Shown here: piece by piece, positions 59,094 to 64,000 of the stretch
How the letters are laid out: each line of letters begins with the position of its first letter
Position numbering within the stretch: position 1 is the stretch's first letter
Source: Balamuthia mandrillaris
Taxonomy: Eukaryota
DNA length: 64,000 nucleotides
Direction of reading: 5' to 3'
Assembly (NCBI GenBank): GCA_031835245.2
Contig: JAVKOQ020000002.1
Location: forward strand, 62,001 to 126,000
Program-made: the position numbers and the translations under genes
The notes under the pieces: generated by a model
Database searches by the model: none
Told to the model about the DNA's origin: nothing
The model's input: the letters and a program-made list of their open reading frames with translations, nothing else

Positions 59094-60978
59094 TTATTGT
59101 TGGTTTTTCAAGGTTGAGTTCAGGTTTGCAGCCACCGTGTCCAAAAAGCCATCCGTGGTGAGGTAATGCTCTGGCTTGGTTCTGTTTCATTAACACATAT
59201 TTCGTCAATATTGTGGATACCGAAAGAGAAAGAGAAAAGAGAGAAAGCGAGGAAAGAGGAGAGGAGACATACGCGGCCCCATGAATACAAAGTGCAAGAT
59301 CCTTGGTCATTTTGCCCGACTCAACGGTCTCAACGCAAACCTTTTCCAAAGTCTGGCTAAAGGCAGCAAGTTGGGCGTTATTGTCGAGCTTAGCCCTATG
59401 AGCTAGACCTCTTGTCCAGGCAAAGATGCTTGCTATGGGGTTAGTGCTTGTGGGTTTGCCCTTCTGATGTTCGCGATAGTGACGGGTAACAGTGCCGTGT
59501 GCTGCCTCCGTTTCGATGGTCTTTCCATCAGCGCACATGAGAACACTAGTCATCAATCCCAAAGAGCCAAATCCTAAAACAAGGTAAGGCAGTCAGACAA
59601 GAAATCTCCAGATGACGCCTAGACTGCTTGAGTCTAAAGGGCAGATTAATAACCTTGGGCTACAATGTCAGACTGTACATCGCCGTCGTAGTTTTTGCAA
59701 GCCCAAACGAAGCCACCGTTGGACTTGAGGGCGAAGGCAACCATGTCATCAATAAGACGATGTTCATACCACATTTTCTTCTCCTCAAACTTGGTTTTAT
59801 AGGTGGTGTCGTAGATGTGCTGAAAGATGTCCTTGAACCTGCCGTCATATTTCTTAAGGATGGTGTTCTTGCTACTAAAGTAAAGCGGCCATTCCTTCAT
59901 CAAGGCGTACTGGAAGCAGCTGTGCGCAAAATCAGTGATGGCCTGTATGCACAATGTGCAGCGTCAGTTCATAAACGACAAATGAAATTTGCGTGCACAT
60001 AATAAGGATTCGTACCTCTTCTGTGTTGTACATGCCAAGAGCCACTCCTGGGTGTTGAAAGTCAAACACTTGAAAGCTCTGCTTTGTTGAGCCGTCCTTC
60101 GGCGTGAAGACCAACTCAAGCTTGCCGGGTTTGCCGATTACTATATCAGTGGCCTTGTATTGGTCCCCAAACGCATGTCTGCCAATGACGATGGGTTGGG
60201 TCCATCCTGGCACCAGCCGAGGAATGTTTTTGCACACGATAGGCTCACGGAAGACCGTCCCTCCAAGTATATTACGAATGGTGCCGTTGGGACTCAGCCA
60301 CATTTTCTTTAGTTTGAACTCTTGCACGCGTTTCTCGTCTGGGGTAATAGTGGCACATTTGATGCCCACGTTGTACTTCTTTATCGCCTCAGCAGCGTCC
60401 CTTGTGACTTGGTCTTCCGTTTGGTCACGGTGCTCCATTCCCAAGTCAAAATACTTGAGGTCCACGTTCAGGTAAGGCAAGATCAGCTGTACAAGCGGAA
60501 GAATAGGAAGAAAAAGAAGGGGAAGCAGAAGCAGAAGCAGAAGCAGAAGCAGAAGCAGAAGCAGAAGCAGAAGAAGAACAAGAAGAAGAAGAAGAAGAAC
60601 AAGAACAAGAACAAGAAGAACAAGAAGAACAAGAAGAAGAACAAGAAGAAGAACAACAACAACAACAAGGACACGATGTGAAGTGTGAGTGGTGAGGTAG
60701 CTCTTAAATGGAGGCGGCCCAAAAGGGAGGGAGGGACGTGCCTTTTCCTTAATTTTGGCCCAGATGATTCTTGTCATTTCATCTCCGTCCAACTCTACAA
60801 TTGGGTTCTTCACGTCAATTTTTGCAAGAGCGGTGCCAAAGCAAGCTACTTGCCCTGTATTTGCCCAGAGGGGAAAAATTGAACTTAGTGCCCAAATACT
60901 CGGGTTCTTCCACCCAACTTGGAGGGAGAAGGAGCCAGTGAGAGGGGTGAGACGGACGAACCTTGAGAGCAAACCCAT
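59094..60978 (-). CDS. IDH2: NADP-dependent isocitrate dehydrogenase (probably mitochondrial), multi-exon
   Basis: [85 protein letters not shown] and [11 protein letters not shown], with a transit-like N-terminus. Confidence 0.97.
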
Positions 60979-61207
60979 CCTCGAAGAACAGCGGTGTTTC
61001 TTAAGCCCTGCGACGGCGCGTAGGGGGCCACCAAGGAAGAAGAAGAACGGGCCAGCAGGGAGGAGGAGGAGAAAGGCGTCGTCCTGCGCAACATTCTGTT
61101 TTCGCTTTTTATCTTTTTTTGTTGCGTTTAAGGAGGGTAGAAATCTCGCGGAACGGAGCACCTTTTATTTAAGGTGGACTGAGGACGTGGTCGGCGTCGA
61201 ACCCGCG

Positions 61208-62484
61208 ATGCCTTCGTTCGTGTCGACCTGTGTTTTGCACAAAGCAACCAAAGAGAAAAAGACATGCGCAAGGCCAAGACCCTCCTCCTCCTCCCAAGAT
61301 CTTCTCCCAATCCGTGCCCTCTTCACTGGCGTTGGAAATGCAGAAACGACTTTAGGGCTTGGTTATCGCAACCCCGGCGAGCATGCTCCACAGCGTGTAG
61401 CGCCTCATCTTCTCTAGGCTCTCGGGAGCAACCCACCGCTGGCCGTAATGAGGCACCACAAAGCGAGGCCGGTGGTGCCACCTCTCCAACCTCCTGCAAA
61501 ACACACAGCGCTATGTCTCCACACTACGACCAGGATGCTGTACCACTTTCTACAGATGTGATAACTGCCAAAAAGGGGCCTTGGGTATGCCGTGCCATTC
61601 CCCTCTTACTGTTATTCGCTTCCCTTACTTTTGTTAGTTACTAACGGGTGTGGTGCAATGTGCTCTGGTAGGAAGAATACATGGAGCACCCCACAGAAGA
61701 GGAGCGAATACTTGTGGCCCAAGAATTGGGAAAAAGCCACTATCACCGTCTTTGTGGAGTTGCCAAGCACAAGTGCAAGCATGGCTACCCGCAGGCTGTT
61801 GTTTTGCCCGCTTTTTCGCCTGCAGGTAGGTCTCTTCTCCTCCTTCCTCCTCTTCCCTCTTCAAATATAACGGAAGATGAGCGCTAACGGAAGAATATAA
61901 TGAAAGGAGAAAATGGTGCAGCGACAGTACACACAGGTGGTCCTTGGCTACGGTGCCCTCTCCTCCAAGACAAAATGACAGAGTGGGAGCGTGCTGGTAG
62001 CATTGAAAAGTACTCAAAGATAGTTAAGCGCAACTCGCAACTGAGGCAAAAAGTAGAAGAAATGCACAAGGTAGTTGCGGAGGAGAGAAGGTACCTCATC
62101 CCAGAGAAGACATTGCAGGAATTGGAAGCAGACCCACAGCAGCGGCTGCGCTTGGGAACAGGATTGTGCGGCATAACCAAGGCACACCACGTTAAATGTC
62201 TTCACGCTCACCTTGCAGACCGCCTAGTGCGAGGAAAGGAGCGCAATGCATTGGGACAGCATATCATGGAACAGCTGCAAGACGAAGGCTACCCTGTTGA
62301 TGGCACTGATAGCTGCCACCGCCTCTGTAATATCTATGCGCGTAAAATACCTGTACGAGATAAGGGCGCCACGAAAGGCTTCCTTCAGCCAAAAATACAG
62401 GTGCTGCAGACTACACCTAGGCCTCCTTCTCTCCAACGTCAACAACGCCATCACCACCCAATGGGAACAGATAAGCAAGAATGA
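61208..62484 (+). CDS. DUF501-family protein, multi-exon
   Basis: LVAQELG..GVAKHKCKHGYPQAVV, WLRCPLL..EWERAG, GTGLCGI..HVKCLHAHLAD.L..NALG and a terminal C..C. Confidence 0.8.
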
Positions 62485-62656
62485 GGATGATGATGATAAA
62501 TGCGACGTAAACTGGCAAAAGAAAAGGCCAAGTCAATTCGAGGAAAATGTTCGCCGTGTTGGTTGAAGAAGCTGGAAAAGAATTGAAAAGAAGAAAATGA
62601 CAAGAGTACGACAGGAACAAGGAGAAGAACTAGAAGAGAAAACGAAAATGGTATTC

Positions 62657-63370
62657 TCATTGAATTTGGCGTAGTCCCTTGCCAAAGTTCCGAAAGACCA
62701 AAATGCCCGTCACCACAAGCAGTACCCGTACGATCAGGGCCAGCACTCCCACCACCACCGGTCCTATCAATTCTACATATCCACCGTTGTTGTGAAGAGT
62801 GGATGGAAGAGGCAGAGGACGATCCAGTCAGTTTATGTAAAATTACCACCGACAAAGAGAGGAAAAAGCCAAATAAATAAACTTACCGCGCGACTCATAT
62901 TCGCTGGGCTTTAGTACCACGACAATTATGACTTTCGTAACGATGTAACAGGGCTCAACCAGTGCAAACACAAAGAACGCTATCATCATCCACCTTACCT
63001 CTTGTTTTGCCTTTTGTGATCATCAGTAAACATAGGGTACACACAAAACATAACATAACAGCCAATGAAAATGGTTAATAGAGGGATGCAGTACCGCGAA
63101 CCAGCAGGCCACTGCCCACAGCACTGTCATAACGACAAAGCCAATGTCTATGTATAATTCATACCCTCCAAATAGAAACTACACGAGCAACAAAAGGATA
63201 GTGGTTAGTTCAACATCCACAAAACTATGTGTAAAGCAGGAGCACAACATACGAGCCCAATCATAAGCACACCGATTACCCCAAGAAACACGTCCACTTT
63301 CAGCAGAGTGGTCCACACTTGAAACACTTTGAACATTGCTGTATTCATGCGTGAGTTGTGATGTTCGCCT

Positions 63371-63415
<45 letters not shown>

Positions 63416-64000
63416 CCTTGGAGAGTTGGGTCAGCACCAATCCTGCGGTAGATAACCCACCCAAATGAACGGTAGACAGCAAAGGAGAGGGCGAGGTTGG
63501 TCGGCACCATGACAGCTATGCACCCAAACCTTACCCAAAAGACTAACGTTCTGTGTATGTCTGGATATTTTTGTATAAAATGGTTGAGAAAAAAAGGGTT
63601 CGACCCATAAAGTAAAAGGAGAGGAGAGAAGATATAAGGACCTGGACTGAAGACCTGGTTGAGGCCATACAATAGAAAAAGAAAAGAAGCCGCCGTGAAT
63701 GAGAACAACTCAAACTTGTTCTCGTTCAAAACCTGGTTTTGTTTTTTTGTTTTGGGTCGATAACGTTGCTTCAAAGGAGACAGGAAGGAAGCAAGGCAGC
63801 GGAGAGGGAGGTAGGTACCCCATCAAAACCAAAATACACGATAAACAGAGAGATGAGAAGAAAGATGACGCCGCTTCCGATGGAGGTCTCCTTGGAGGTA
63901 GCCATCTGATAAATAGAGAAACCCACCACTATGACGCCTTCCAGGATCATCAACGTGAGGAACAGCACGGCTCTTTTCCTCATTTTGAACTAGTGTGACA
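62657..64000 (-). CDS. Multi-pass membrane protein of the UPF0658 (fungal Golgi membrane protein)-like family; 5' end outside window
   Basis: ENKFEL, YRSFGWVIYRRIGADP, TLLKVDVF and terminal VFRNFGKGLRQIQ*, with many TM segments. Confidence 0.7.

Overview
This is a gene-dense eukaryotic window with short GT-AG introns, some GC-AG introns, and abundant intronic (CT)n/(TTC)n microsatellites. The gene content and style suggest a free-living amoebozoan of the Acanthamoeba/Balamuthia type (inference). I reconstructed about 29 protein-coding genes by eye, plus one intact tRNA-Ser(GCU) and a tRNA 3'-half relic. Exon boundaries are manual and approximate, and family calls rest on remembered motifs rather than database searches. 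The strongest candidate for an undescribed system is a tandem pair at 6917-11524. The first gene appears to encode an SPX (inositol-pyrophosphate/phosphate sensor) domain fused to an M14 AstE/aspartoacylase-type Zn hydrolase. The second, 477 bp downstream, encodes a circularly permuted ATP-grasp ligase that is only evident after splicing. Together they suggest a phosphate-responsive peptide/amide 'writer-eraser' module. Other notable items: a 57-bp inverted copy of a SET-gene exon segment just past the neighbouring gene's stop codon; a Pol-beta nucleotidyltransferase fused to a degenerate RNA-ligase-like domain; an intronless prokaryote-type SemiSWEET; two intronless F-box/ankyrin genes resembling giant-virus genes; and a fascin-like + 2OG-oxygenase fusion.
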